A stretch of 64,000 nucleotides of DNA from Eledone cirrhosa (lineage: Eukaryota), in the NCBI GenBank assembly GCA_964016885.1, contig OZ024744.1, forward strand, positions 78,492,001-78,556,000, in the 5' to 3' direction. Within the stretch, counting starts at the first letter, position 1. Every line of letters begins with the position of its first letter. Of this stretch, positions 38,936 through 52,069 are shown in pieces. Below the pieces are notes generated by a model. It was given only the letters and a program-made list of their open reading frames with translations. It was not told the origin of the DNA and ran no database searches. The translations under genes and the position numbers were made by a program.

Positions 38936-39599
38936 GTTGGTTTTTGGAGCAAAATTTAACAAATGTTCTTACATTGAATTATGATGGAAAGTTTTTAGAT
39001 AATACAGCTTTATATACAGTTTGGTGTTGAACTAATTAACCAATCCCTTTTCTTCTGCTATTGTAATAGTGAAAGAGGAATTATAATTAATTGGTAGATT
39101 GGCAGAATTATTAAAACATCAGAAGAAATGCTTTTCAGTATTTGGTCTTGTATTTTAAGTTTGAGTTCAAGTCAACTGCCAAAGTCAATAAAATAATTGA
39201 CCAATTAAGTATTAGGGTCGATATAGATGACTTTCCTTTGCCTTGTGCCTAAATTAAAAACCATTAATTTGATTTCATTGCCTATTTCACATAATCTCCA
39301 TTACCCTTAACTTGTTTATCATTTTTGGACCATCAACTAAACTGATTAATTACTAGAAATAAAATCACACGAAAAATTAACTCTTTAGCATATCCATTAT
39401 TCTATATATACTATTATATTTTTTGTGTCTTACATAATATCGACTCTACAAGATTTTGATTGTATTTATTTTGAGAACAGTACCTTAACATCAGTATGAG
39501 CAGCCAATTACAGCTGGTTTGAACATAAAGAGGTGAGAGGATTCTTGCAGGATATAGCCAGTTTAAATGCTAAAAGGTTAAACCAATATCAACTGAAGA

Positions 39600-39836
39600 T
39601 ATGTTGGATGTGCAAAAGTCTCTCTGGCAAAATGGGGATATTTAAAGGATAGAGATGTGTGTGACTGCGGCATTGAACCACAGACTAAGCAGCACCTCCT
39701 GATATGCCCCTTGCTGGAACACCCCTGCACAGCATTGGACTTGGCAGAGTTTAATGAGAAAGGTCAGCAATGTGTTCAGCTGTAGCAGAACCACATCTAG
39801 CCAGCTTTGTAACTGACACGACAAGAAGAACTGATG
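39600..39836 (+). mobile_element. LINE 3' end with C-terminal CCHC-like knuckle (RTE-X/I-like); second copy 43305-43560
   Basis: AKWGYLKD..CDCG..QTKQHLLICP; two similar copies ending in (AAG)n. Confidence 0.65.
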
Positions 39837-41411
39837 ATATATGAATTGTACATAATAGCATATCATACACGTGGAAATAAAATAAAATTTTTATTTTTAA
39901 TGTCTTAAAACAATGAAATTAAAAACATTAAATAAATAACTTATTGAATTTTTTGTGAGATTTTGATTAATTTCTTATCACCATCGCTGTGTGATATTTG
40001 TGGCTTAATTCCATCATAGCTCAGCACTTTAAATAACAAACACTATAGGTAAGACTTATCATAATATGACCAGCATTGTTCCAGTTTGGGGGGTCTGATC
40101 CAATATCCCTGTTGACACTGAATTGTCTTGGAATGTCCTGGATATTGATGAAAAAGCATAAACCTAAAAGGGAGTAATGAGAAAGGTTAAAATCTACTCT
40201 TGAGTCCCAAATAATGGGGAGGGGGATTAAAAATTTGCTTAACCCGTTAGCATTTAAACTGGTTATATCCGGCCACCAGAATTCTCTCACCTCTTTCTGT
40301 TCAAACTAGCTGTAACCAGCCGCTCATACTGATGTTAAGGTATTGTTCTTAAAATATATAATATCAAAATCTCGTAGATTATGTGAGATAATTATATAAA
40401 ATAAAGCCTTTACCACGAAAATACTATAGTATATATAGAGTAATATAAATGGTAAACAGTTAATAATGGATATGTATTAATGGTATTTTGCAGAGATACA
40501 TTTGAAGGGGGTAGGTTACACTGATGATTTTTTTAAAATTTAATTCAGGAAGAAAAAAAGTTATAATTATTTTGCATAATTTGGAAACCCTCAACTAGTT
40601 GCCAGTTGAAGTAATTTAAGAATAAAATTATTTACTAGGATAATTGTTAATTCAATTAATTTATTAGATGATAGGCTATAAGATTTTTACAATAATAAAT
40701 TACATTGGTAGTTAAATTGAGACTTTTTTTTCCTGTCTTATATTAACTGCTGTGCTTGTAGTGATTTAAATTCTTCAAAGTCATCAGATTGTTTATTAAA
40801 TGTAGGTAAATAGATATTTACCTACATGATATTATGATATTGTTTATACAGTATTACTATATATATGATTTTTTGGAAATGTCCCTGTTTGAAATTATCT
40901 TGTTTTAAAGGTTTGAAAATTATGCTAAACCTAAAATGTGTGAGGGTTTTTTTTTTGTTTTTTTAATATATTTTGCTGTGTTCCAGTTTTCCTTTAAACC
41001 TGTGGAAAATATGAAAAAGGCATCAAACCAAAGTCTCTCAGCCATGTTTTGAGATTTTTTCACTCTTATCTCAAATATGGGGTGTGTGTGTTGCCTTACA
41101 TTATAGATTTTTAACAAAAGCTGATTTTTAAAAAATAGTTCACGGTGACATATATACAGATGTCATTCACATTTATCTTCAGTAAGATAGATAGACAGAC
41201 ACGTATTTATTATCGAAAGGTAGGTAGATACATAGGTAGGCATGGATAGCTGCCCATTTGATCACAGACCATCATGTCTACACTGTTGTGAGTGAGATGT
41301 AGAGAAGAAAATACCAAATGACCATTTCACAAACAAATCTACCATGTAGTGTTTGTCACGGCTCTTGTATTTTATTATAAAGTTGTGTGTGTGTCTATAT
41401 ATATATATAAT

Positions 41412-41743
41412 GGAGGCACATGGCTTAGTGGCATTGCCCTTGCAATCAAAAGGTTGTGAGTTCAATTCTCAGACCAGGTGATGTGTTGTTTCCTTGAGCA
41501 AGACACTTTATTTCACATTGCTCCAGTTTACTCAGCTGTAGAAATGAGATGATAGGGACTGGGGTCCCTATCATTCCACTGCAAAGTGGTCGTGGAGGTG
41601 CCACGGCAAAAAAGCACCCAGCACTCACTGTAAATGAGGTTGGTGTTAGGAAGGGCATCCACCTGTAGAAATCAAGCCAGAATCAGTTCCCGTCCCACCC
41701 TTGCAAGCAGGGAAAAGCGGACGTAAAATGATGATGATGATGA
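41412..41743 (+). mobile_element. Same SINE family, copy 3
   Basis: Near-identical to 20406-20741. Confidence 0.88.
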
Positions 41744-42961
41744 TTGGATGGCCAGTGATTCTCCTGAGTTCCTCTGCTCTTTGACGGGTTTTATTTTTCA
41801 TCCTGCAGGGTGTCCAAAATCACCCTCCTCACCAACCCCACTTGATGGGATGCTGATTTAATCGCCAATGACCCCAACCATGCACAGGTTGTATGGGGTT
41901 ACATGTTACCAGTAATGCTGAAGAGTGACCTGACAAACATATGAGTATGTGTGTGTGTGTATATATATATATTTTATTTTTTTGTGGGGCGAGTGTCTCT
42001 TAATCTTCATTAAGACATCTCTCTAGGAGAAGGCCACTGATATAAAACCTGTGATTTCATTTGCATCCAATGATGTAGAACAGTTCTTTTGGGGCAAATG
42101 CATTCGATGTTCAGTGAGTGGGATCGGCACCGTGCAAAACGTCTCCTCACAAAAAAAAGTTTCAAACCCAAGCATCACTTGATGTGTGATATTTTTGCGA
42201 TGCATGATATTACTGGCCATAGGCAAGTCCCTAGCAGGACTAAAAAGTCACATCTGCAATGCTTATGCTTAAGTATCAAGCGATGGCATTACTTGAAACT
42301 GAGTTGCAGCCATCATATATATGTGTGTGGTATGTATGTATATATATGTAATAAACAATACAATACAATTATTCCATTTACCAAAGGTTTCAAGAAAACA
42401 GGCGACCTCAACAGATGTGTCCGAAGTCGTTCATCAGAAAGGAAAATTTGATATGGATGTGAGATATGAAATTAAAAACAAAAGCTATTACCTTTTCTAC
42501 AGAAATACTTCATATATATATATATATATACACATATACATCATACACACACATTCTAGAATAGGTACTTAGTATTATTGTATGTCATAAGGGACGACTA
42601 AAAGAGATGGTACTAGGATAGGCATCCAGTTGTAAAAGGACCTCTGTATTGGGTATGAAATCTATCATGAGGGCCACAAGTCTAACCCCTTCTTTAGCAG
42701 GGAAAATGACTAAAATGCTTGTGTATGTACACAGGCACACATTTATTTATTTATATAATACAATATACTGTGGTTGGCGTTAGGAAGGGTATCCAGCTGT
42801 AGAAACCAAGCCAGAAAAAGTTGTGTGTGAGCAAGACATGGTCACCTGATCTGACCCGACCCGTCTTGCCTCAAACGGGACAACATGTTTAACCGATGCT
42901 AGCATGGAAAATGGACATTAAATGATTTTGATGATGATAATGATGACTGTTACCATTTCAG

Positions 42962-43064
42962 AAATGGATCTCATTGAAAAAGCCCAAGTCAGTCGAGAAG
43001 GAATACCAATCATTTCTTTATCAAACAACCGGACATATACATTCTCTTCTGAATTTGGAAGCTG
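42962..43064 (+). CDS. HIRA: HIRA exon (MDLIEKAQVSREGIPIISLSNNRTYTFSSEFGSW)
   Basis: catttcag acceptor, TG|gtaaat donor; matches HIRA GIPVMNLSDGKAYCF...W; phase 1 to 2. Confidence 0.94.
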
Positions 43065-43950
43065 GTAAATATTCCATATTTCTATTTTGATATCTGAATA
43101 TTCTAATTACAACTATTTTTATTATATATCTTTGATATGTTATTCAGCTTTTTGTATTTATATACATCTATTTGAGGACTTCTGTTGTCACTTTTCAAAC
43201 TGGAAATATATGTTTATTACTTCATTAATAATACAAAAAAAAACTATTGTGTCAATATATAGTGTCATGGTAAGATTGTTGTGATATTCTACGGGTTTTA
43301 GTAAGATTAAGATCTGGTGTTGGTTGTGCAAAAGCCAATCTTGCAAAGTGAGGATATTTAAAGGATGGGGATGTTGTGTGTGACTGTGGCATCGAACTAT
43401 AGACTATGCAACACCTCCTGATATGCCCCCTGCTGGAACACCCCTGCACAGCATTGAACTTGGCAGAGTTTAATGAGAAATGACAGCATTGTGTTCAGCT
43501 GTGGCAGAACTACATCTAGCCAAGCTTTGTAGCCGACACTGTTGTAGGCACGATAAGAAGTAAGATATATACGTAAGTAGGACGCAGTCCCCTTGGCATG
43601 TCTGTTAGGTCAGTAGCCTTGCTTGAGTACTGACTTGGTCTATGTAGACCTGTCCAACCCTTGCTAGTAAAGAAAGTGGATGTTAAATCATGATGATGAT
43701 GATGTAGCTATTGTAATATTGCATGGTGTTGTGGTAGTATATATAGTTATTGGGTGGGGTTTGTTGCTTAAATACCTCATAGCTACTACTATTAGGTCGT
43801 AATTATATTGTGTAATTAATTTGGCTCTTAATGAGATAAAACAATATTGCTCTACTTTCTTTCTTAAATGTTTTATGATTTTATTTTTATTTATTTATTT
43901 GTTTATTTTTTTCTATTTTTCATTTTACCTTTTCATATAATTAAATTTAG

Positions 43951-44073
43951 GGTTTGGATTACCAGTAAAGTTGATCCTTTACAACGACATTCTGATCATT
44001 ATAACTGTACACCAGTTTTTGAAACAATTTCTTCAGATGGAGCTCTGTCTTCATTACAGTCAACACAAGAACG
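43951..44073 (+). CDS. HIRA: HIRA exon (VWITSKVDPLQRHSDH...GALSSLQSTQER)
   Basis: tttag acceptor, CG|gtaaga donor; phase 2 to 2; resembles HIRA DSLAQCADF...GPLAIIQ. Confidence 0.93.
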
Positions 44074-45106
44074 GTAAGAGATTTATGACATTACTGTAGC
44101 CTTTTTAAAATAAGTAACTAACTTTTGTTCAAAATTTCTCTTTGAGCAAAAAAGATTTCAATTTAAAAAAAGGTCTTGATTTAAATTTGTATTTACTTAA
44201 AATATTACTTTAGTTCTATATACTTTATTACCTTGTAATGCTGCTAGTATGCAGAAAATTGGAAGAGTCGTTAGAGCATCAGATAGAATGCTTTGTGGTA
44301 TTTGTTTTGTCGCTCTGCATTCTGTATTCAAAACATGTCACAGTCAGCTTTGCTTTTCATTCTTTCGGGAAAACATTATTTCACCTGTTGTATTTTTAGT
44401 CCAATATTTGAAGGAGTAGAAATATTTGATCTGTTATCAATACCTTGAAGCTAAATAGATTTCAGAATTTCATCAATATTTCTAACTATATATACACACA
44501 GTATATCAATTCATTTTGAAAATAATCAAACATTTTTAATGATTTAGTTAAAATAACTATAAGAACATAGCTTTTATATAAAGTTATGTTTTAAATGCAA
44601 AAATTCTGGTTCTAAACAATCTTTTAAAGTATTCATATTTAATTTTATGTAAAATTCATATGTAATTTTATGTAAAATTTATATTCTTATATGAACTTAT
44701 TGACAGTTATTTTACCAATTTTACAAGTGAATATGCATCAAAAGGGTTAATATCTGTGATAAAAATCTAATTTGCCATCTTCTGCTTCACATATATGTCA
44801 TCTCTTGCTATAGAATTGTTGAATGTAAATATCAGAAATACTGTGTAAGGATCAGACATGCTTTTAAATATGTTGTGGAAGGATCATAAATATGTTGAGT
44901 GTAAGGATCAGGAATATTGTATGGAAATATCAGGAACAAATATCTAAGGAAGGAAAGATCAAGAGTGTATGTATGGATCAGGAATGTGTGGAAGGATCAG
45001 AAATGTTATTTGAAAGGATAAAAAAAAATGTGTTGTATGGAAGGAGAGGATCAGAAAAAACAAAACAAGCACAAATGTTATGTTTTGAATTGTCTTATTT
45101 TTCCAG

Positions 45107-45297
45107 ATCAGGTAGTCAAGCTACACGTATGTATCAGTCATCGATGCCTTCATCGAGTGGGTCATCAGGTGCAAATGTGCAGCAGTGTGCTACGTTAACC
45201 CATCTATGTAACCAGTTAGCAGCATGTTTAGCATTGCGATCAAGCTCAGAATATCGTTTTTGGCTTCTGACTTATGTCAGATATTTGGTACAAGAAG
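45107..45297 (+). CDS. HIRA: HIRA exon (TLTHLCNQLAACLALRSSSEYRFWLLTYVRYLVQEG)
   Basis: ttttccag acceptor, G|gtaaat donor; hallmark HIRA C-terminal helix TLAYLENQVAAALTLQSSHEYRHWLLVYARYLVNEG. Confidence 0.97.
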
Positions 45298-46175
45298 GTA
45301 AATTTCAATGCTTTCTTATATTTGTATGTTTTTATTTATATTTTATTTAAATTTCTTTTATTCCTACTGATTATACTGGGCTTTATACAAACTGATTCAT
45401 ACTTTTTTTTTTTAATTCGGTGACAAACCATTTACTTCTATGAACTTCTAACCTCCAGCTTAAAACGAAATACAGGTATGGTTGTGTGGTTATGATATTC
45501 ACTTTGTAAGCACATGGTCTCCAATTCAATCCCACTGCATGATTCTTTTAGGCAAATGTCTCCCTGATGTAAACTCTGTGGATGCACTTCAAAAGGACCG
45601 TATTGTTCTTAAGTGGCAGATTTAACGTCATCCACCACACAGCACTTAGGTACTTATATTGCAAACATTTGGGCCAGGTAGCTTGTCTGAGGATAGCTTT
45701 CTTCCTTCCTCTTCTGATTAACCATAAAAAAAGAATGCATTAATGTCATTTAACCTTCTTTCTTGATAAATACTTTCTTCAAGACAAGAAATGTGTATTT
45801 TAAAAAATGTGTTTACTAAATTAATAAAAACCTTTAATAGTCTAGAGACTTTTTTTCTTTAATGGTGGTATCAGATTATGAAAAGAAGTGTTTCAATCAT
45901 AATAGCTGAACATTATTTGATGGATTGGCGGTATCGGTAGAGGGTTGGATGTCATGCTTTGACACAGTTACGGCTCTTGCCATTCTGAGTTCAAATCCTG
46001 CCGAGGTTAACTTTGCCTTTCATCCTTACGGGGGTTGATAAAATAAAGTACCAGTAATTCACTGGGTAATTGCTGGCCTTGTGCCAAAAGTAGAAACAAT
46101 TATTTGATAAATTCTAGTAAATTTTTATTTACTTATAAATATTTTTGTTATATATTTATCTTTATTTCATTTTAG

Positions 46176-46267
46176 GAATTGAGCCGCGACTGCGGGAAAT
46201 CTGCGAAGATCTTTTAGGACTATCATATTCACGGAATCGTAAAGGAAAATGGGAAAGTTATATATTG
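46176..46267 (+). CDS. HIRA: HIRA exon (IEPRLREICEDLLG...WESYIL)
   Basis: ttttag acceptor, TTG|gtacga donor; matches HIRA RLREICKDLLG...WES. Confidence 0.96.
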
Positions 46268-46455
46268 GTACGAAATATTTTTTCATTTATTTATTTATTT
46301 ATTTTTTTTTAATTAAAACTTTAAATAGATTAAACCTTGATCTGAAACTAAATTTAACTGACCAAAATTGATTGTAAAGCTTAATTACTTTGAATGAATC
46401 CTTGTGATATCAACCCCAAACTGCCTCTGGTTTTATGAAACAAAACCACCCATTT

Positions 46456-46975
46456 ATCATCATCCTGCGACCTCAGCCGAAATAGACTCAATGATAGATC
46501 TACATATGAGTCTGTTACTCATGGCAGTAGCTAGGTCCTGAATGTAAACACCAGCGTCTTTGGCTATGACATCTGGATATGAGAGATTGCTGTGTCCTCT
46601 TTGTCTTGAGACAATTGCAGGTTTCCAAAGCACCAAAGATGACACTGCTTCAATTACGACAATGGCCAGCAAACCTCACCCTCCTATTACATACAAAATC
46701 AGTTATATGCAGCAGACCATTATTGGAGAGTCTTGTGTTCCTTCCAGCTTATATTTTGAGAGCATCTGAGAACTGGTGATAAGCTCTATCAAAACGTCTG
46801 TGTTGCTTGGCTGAGTGTCAAAGTTTCACTATCATAGAGTAGTATTATTGGCTGGATTGGTTTTCTGGTGGTAAAGGCCTTCGCAGAATCCATCTAGTCT
46901 TCAACCTTTTCGATAATACTGCCATCTTGAACTTTAAGGATGAATTCAGATGAAGAGTTAGAGATATATTCTGTC
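46456..46975 (-). mobile_element. RTE-like LINE 3' fragment
   Basis: Minus strand LVLWKP..RG..LSYPDVIAKDAG..DLATAMSNR followed by (GAT)n tail. Confidence 0.65.
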
Positions 46976-47483
46976 TTGCCTTCATTTCATTAACTCAAAA
47001 CCATTCAACAAAATCTTATTTAAGAACATTTTGATAAGTTATGTTACAAATATCATCTAATGAAATAACTATTAACTTTGATATTTCATTAGAAATACGG
47101 TAACTAAAAGGAATAATGAATTAGTATAATATTTGGCCTGATGAAAATGAAATGGGATCTCTGGAATCAAACTAGGCTAGAGCAGCTACACAAAATTAGT
47201 TTCATATAGTTGCAATAAGTCTTATGTATCACTTTTATTATGTCTCATGATTTTCAAATAATTGAGAATTTAGAGGGATTTAGTAATTTTTCTTATTATT
47301 TAGCTGGTTTTTGAAATATAACTTAACAAAGGTTTTTTTATAAAATTATGATGGAAAGTTTTTAGATGAATATAAAGTTTTATATCATAAAATTAGGGGC
47401 AGTTTGGAGATGAAAATTTATACTTAACCCGTTTGATACCAATTTGATTAAACTTAAACTTAACTTTTTGTTTCTATTTTTAG

Positions 47484-47600
47484 GGTTTGAGAAAACGAGA
47501 CCTCTTGGAAGAAATCCTCCCAATTATAGGGTTAAATCTACGTTTTCAACGTTTTTATACAGAATATCAAGATCAATTACTCTCTTTGTCTGATGAATAA
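47484..47600 (+). CDS. HIRA: HIRA last coding exon (GLRKRDLLEEILPIIGLNLRFQRFYTEYQDQLLSLSDE*)
   Basis: tttttag acceptor, TAA stop at 47598-47600; matches HIRA terminus GLRKRELLKELLPVIGQNLRFQRLFTECQEQL. Confidence 0.97.
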   Translation, partial: GLRKRDLLEEILPIIGLNLRFQRFYTEYQDQLLSLSDE

Positions 47601-47807
47601 AATAAAATTGTTTTTACCAAAGATGTCTTATCAGGGATGGAAAATAAAATTTTAATTATTGAAACAAAAATGTGATTTCACAGATAACATAACTGCTTGC
47701 TTTGTTATTTTTGTATATATTTTCAAGATATCACTAACTTTTTGTATATCAACTTAAGTAGTAAAAAAAGAAAAAAAAACTATTAAACAATGAACAAATC
47801 AAATAAA
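47601..47807 (+). terminator. HIRA 3' UTR with candidate AATAAA poly(A) signals (47601, 47643, 47802)
   Basis: Three AATAAA hexamers after the stop, the last followed by T-rich sequence; which one is used cannot be told. Confidence 0.55.
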
Positions 47808-50800
47808 TTTTCATTGATGTTTATTTTTCATGATAAAAGTTACATTGAGCTGGAGATAATAGAAATGAAATGAGGTGATTTGTATGAAAAGTATTTCAGC
47901 TGAAATATTCTGACAAATTAAGAGGCAAATCAACAGCCCCTTTCTATATATTTAAAAGTATTTATGGAAGAAATGAGAATTGTTGTATTGTGGTGATGAT
48001 TCAACATTTATAATTATTACCTATTTCCTATTGAAGAATCTGTTGTACTGCAGAAAAAGTTCTAAACGTGCATGAATTTTCTAGTGTCCAAAAACCTAAA
48101 GGTTAACAAAGTGTAGCTGATAGTTCAAAATACCAATGGGTTTGGGGGAGTGATTTTGTTTCATGTTTCATGTATAAGGAATGGGTTAGGAACTCAATAT
48201 TGTGTACTCACAGCATACAATAGATACACAAAAGATGCAGTGATATTTGTTACAGGCTGGGAAAGTACAAGAAGTTTAGATGTACTGGAGTATGTAGCTG
48301 TTGGGAAATATTATCATCATCATTTTTATGCACCAGAGGGTTGTCCTGTTTCTGGCAGATAGAAAACAGAAAAATATGAAAGAGAACCAAGGGGATAGGA
48401 GCAAATAGGTAATAGAAATATTATAGGAAGGGAGAAAGAAAGAGAGAGATAGCTGGAGATTCAAGAGACAACATGATAGAACACGTAGAAGGAAAACCAA
48501 GGAATATATGGGATGAACCTCATGAAGGAGATGTCACAGAATCCCAACTTGTGACAAAATGCTGTATTGGGAAGGATCTGCTCCAATGCATGTAAGCATG
48601 GATATAAAAACTGATGGAGGTTGGGGTGTATAATATCTACATTTGGGTCTCTTAGTCATTATCTCTCCATATAATGCTCTCCTTCATTATTCTTTCATCT
48701 ATCATTCACCTTTTAGCATTTACATGACTCTATATTTACTACAGGTAAAATTCCGTTATAATGAATACCAATATAACAAAATTTTTTCAATCCACGGCCA
48801 CATGCTCTGTATGTTAGGTCGATCTCGTTATAAAGAATTTTTTTTACAAATTTTTTTATACCCTGTGAATTTCATTATAACGGAATTTCACTGTATTGTA
48901 TTTTCATGATAAAGGGTTTATCTCACATAATATTGAATCTATGAGATTTTGATGTTAATTATTTTGAGAACAAAACCTAAACATCAGTATGAGTGGCCAG
49001 TTACAACCGGTTTGAACAGAAACAGGTGAGGAAAATTCTGGCCGGTTTAAATGCTAAAGGGTTAAGAAAGCGGGGGAGCAGTATATTGAGAGTTAATGGT
49101 TTGGAGAGACCCAAATGTAAAATATTGGATTGATAGTATTATCATATGAAATGCATGGCTGTATTTTGTTATAACCTTCTACAATCTGGTTTTATATCCC
49201 TCTGACATCAATTTTGCCTTTCATCCTTCTGGTATTGATAAAATAAAGTACCAGTTAAGTATTGGTGATCGATTTAATCAGCTTCCTCCTCCCCACAAAT
49301 TGATAGCCTTGTGCCTAAATCAGAAACTACTATACATTCCAACCTCCACCACTATTTACCATTTTTACATGCATACTTGGTATGAACAGATCCTATCAAG
49401 TACAGCACTTTGCCACAAATTGTGGTCCTATGTCATCTTCATAAGTTTTGTCCCATCTTTTCTTTGGTCTTCTTCTACTGGTGCCATTCATATCGAGTAC
49501 TTAGCACTTCATTATACGACTGACTTCCTCCACCACACATCATAGGCCTATACCAGTTTATATGTGCTTGGTTGTTCATTCATACTAACATTACACAGCT
49601 AGTGAAGCAAGATTGCCTCATTTCATTCAAACCTTTTAAATCTGCATTTAAGGTCCATGTATGTATAAAAGTCTGTGAACTGATACAATGACTCATGAGA
49701 TGTAGTTGGTTGTTTACTTTGATTAAAGTGGTAGTGCTGAAGTCACAATAAAATGCCAGTGCATGCTGTAAAGTGGTTGGCATTAGGAACGGCATCCAGC
49801 CATTGAAAACTACCAAAAACAGCATATGAGCAGGACATAGTCGACTGACCTTCTAGCCTCAGTGTGTGTGTGTGTGTGACAATCCATCTAATCCATGCAG
49901 GAATGGAAAATATATGTTGAATGCTGATGATGATGGAGGTGGTTTTAATGAAAGTATAGCAGCTAGATTAAGAGAGATATGTTAGCAACAGTGACATGCA
50001 TAGTCGGGTTGGAAGTGGCATCACGACGAGCAGGTGTAGGATCAGTTGACTGGAATTTGCAGACGACATGGTATTACTTAACTCGTCGGAAGGTGATCTC
50101 TAACATTCTCTTGATAGGTTTGATGGCAGGTGTAGCACGGCAGGAATGAAAATCAGTGCTGCAAAGACTGAGATACTCATCTTCTCAAGGAAGCGTGTGC
50201 AGTGCACTCTACATGAAAATAGAGTTCCACTGAAGCAGGTAGAGAAGTTCACGCATCTTGGGACTGTGTTCACAAGTGATGGAAGGCAGGAGATTGGATT
50301 AAGTGCCAGAGCTAGTGCAGTAATGCGACAGCTTCAGCATTCAGTCATCAAGCAGTCAAAATGGGGTCCCTCCAAAGGGTCTTTGGAGTAATGTTACTCA
50401 ATAGAGTGTATAACTCTGAGATCAGAGAGCTGCTACTTCTCTGAATTGATAGATCACAGCTCTGATACTGTGGGCATGTGGTTAGAATGTCTCAGGAAAG
50501 AATCACTGGGCAGATTTTATGGGCAAAACTAACCAGCAGGAGACCCAAAACTATGATTGGACTTTGGTTGTTTACAAACAGCATGATTCTACACCTAGAA
50601 ATATGGTCAGGTCTGATGCTTTTGTGTCTAGACTCCTCAAACTCCTGGAAAACATTAAAATGATGATGAGATTGTTAATATAAATATCTTTTTTTTTCTG
50701 TTGTCATTTTTTACAAACAGTATTCATGTTTTTCATTGTTAGAATCCATCCCAATTTACTTCAGAAATAGCCATCAAATTCGTTATTCTAATAAATTGTT

Positions 50801-51719
50801 TAATTTTCAACAGTTTAATGTAAGAAATTATTGTTTTTATTATTATTGCCTTTCATCCTTACGGGGTCGATAAAATAAAGTACCAGTAATGCACTGGGAT
50901 AATTGCTGGTTTTGTGCCACAAGTAGAACCATTATTGTTATTATTATCATCATTACATTCTGAATTCAAATAGCGCCGAGGTTATCTTTGCCTCTCATCC
51001 TTAGGGGGTGGGGGATAAAATAAAGTACCAGTAATGCACGAGTCGATTTAATCGACTTTCTCCTCCTCTTCAAATTGCTGGCCTTGTGCCTAAATCAGAA
51101 ACCATTATTATTATTATTAAAAGGGCAGTCAGCATAGAGTTACGGTCCTTTATGATCTGAGTTCAAATCCCGCCGAGGTTAACTTTGCCTTTCACCCTTA
51201 CGGGGTCGATTTTTATCGACTTTCCCCTCCCCCAAAAATTGCTGGCCTTGTGCCTATATAAGAAACCATTATTAAAAGGGCAGTTGATTAACAGTATCAG
51301 TGGAGCGTCGGACAACATGCTTTATGGCATAGAGTTATGGCTCTTTACGACTGAGTTCAAATCCTGCCGAGGTTAGCTCTGCCTTTCATCCTTACAAGGT
51401 TGATAAAATGAAATACCATTAACGCACTGGGGTCGATTTAATTGACTTTCCCCTCCCCAAAATTATTGGCCTTCTGACTAAATCAGAAACCAATATTTTA
51501 ATTTTTATTATTATTAAATGTGTGGATACAACATGGCTGAATGGTTAAGGAGTTTGCTTTGCAATCATTAAGTCCCAGGTTTCATACCACTGCCTGGTGT
51601 ATTGGAGAAGTGTCATTTACCATAGCCTTGGGTCGACCCATGTCTTGTGAGTGAAACTGTTTGGAATGACTGTACCTATATTTCAAAGGGCCAGCCTCAT
51701 TACTCACAGAATCATGGTC

Positions 51720-51806
51720 GTCATCATTATCACCATCACCACCACCACCACCACCACCAACATCATCATCAGCACTACCCCCACTATCATCACCACCATC
51801 CTCATC
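51720..51806 (+). repeat. (CAT/CAC)n triplet microsatellite
   Basis: Direct observation. Confidence 0.93.
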
Positions 51807-52069
51807 CTTTTTATGTCGACTTTTCTATGCTGGCATGAGTTGGATGGGACTTTTTGAGGTAATGTATTTCAGCTGGTTGCCCTTCGCATCTTCCAAAATG
51901 CAGAGATACGGTGTCATCATCATTTTATGTCCATTTTCCCACACTACCATAAGTTAGATGAGTTGTCCTGATGTGGGCAATATTAGGTCACGTGACCATG
52001 TCTTGCTCACAAAGAATTGATTTTGGCTTGGTTTCTACAACTGGATGCCCTTCCTAACAACAACCTCAT

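Noticed and set aside
44892-45106. N-terminal extension of the 152-aa ORF overlapping a HIRA exon
   Set aside because: Intronic degenerate AAGGATCAG repeats; HIRA similarity begins at the acceptor 45107
51647-51838. Poly-His ORF
   Set aside because: Translation of a (CAT/CAC)n microsatellite at a SINE tail
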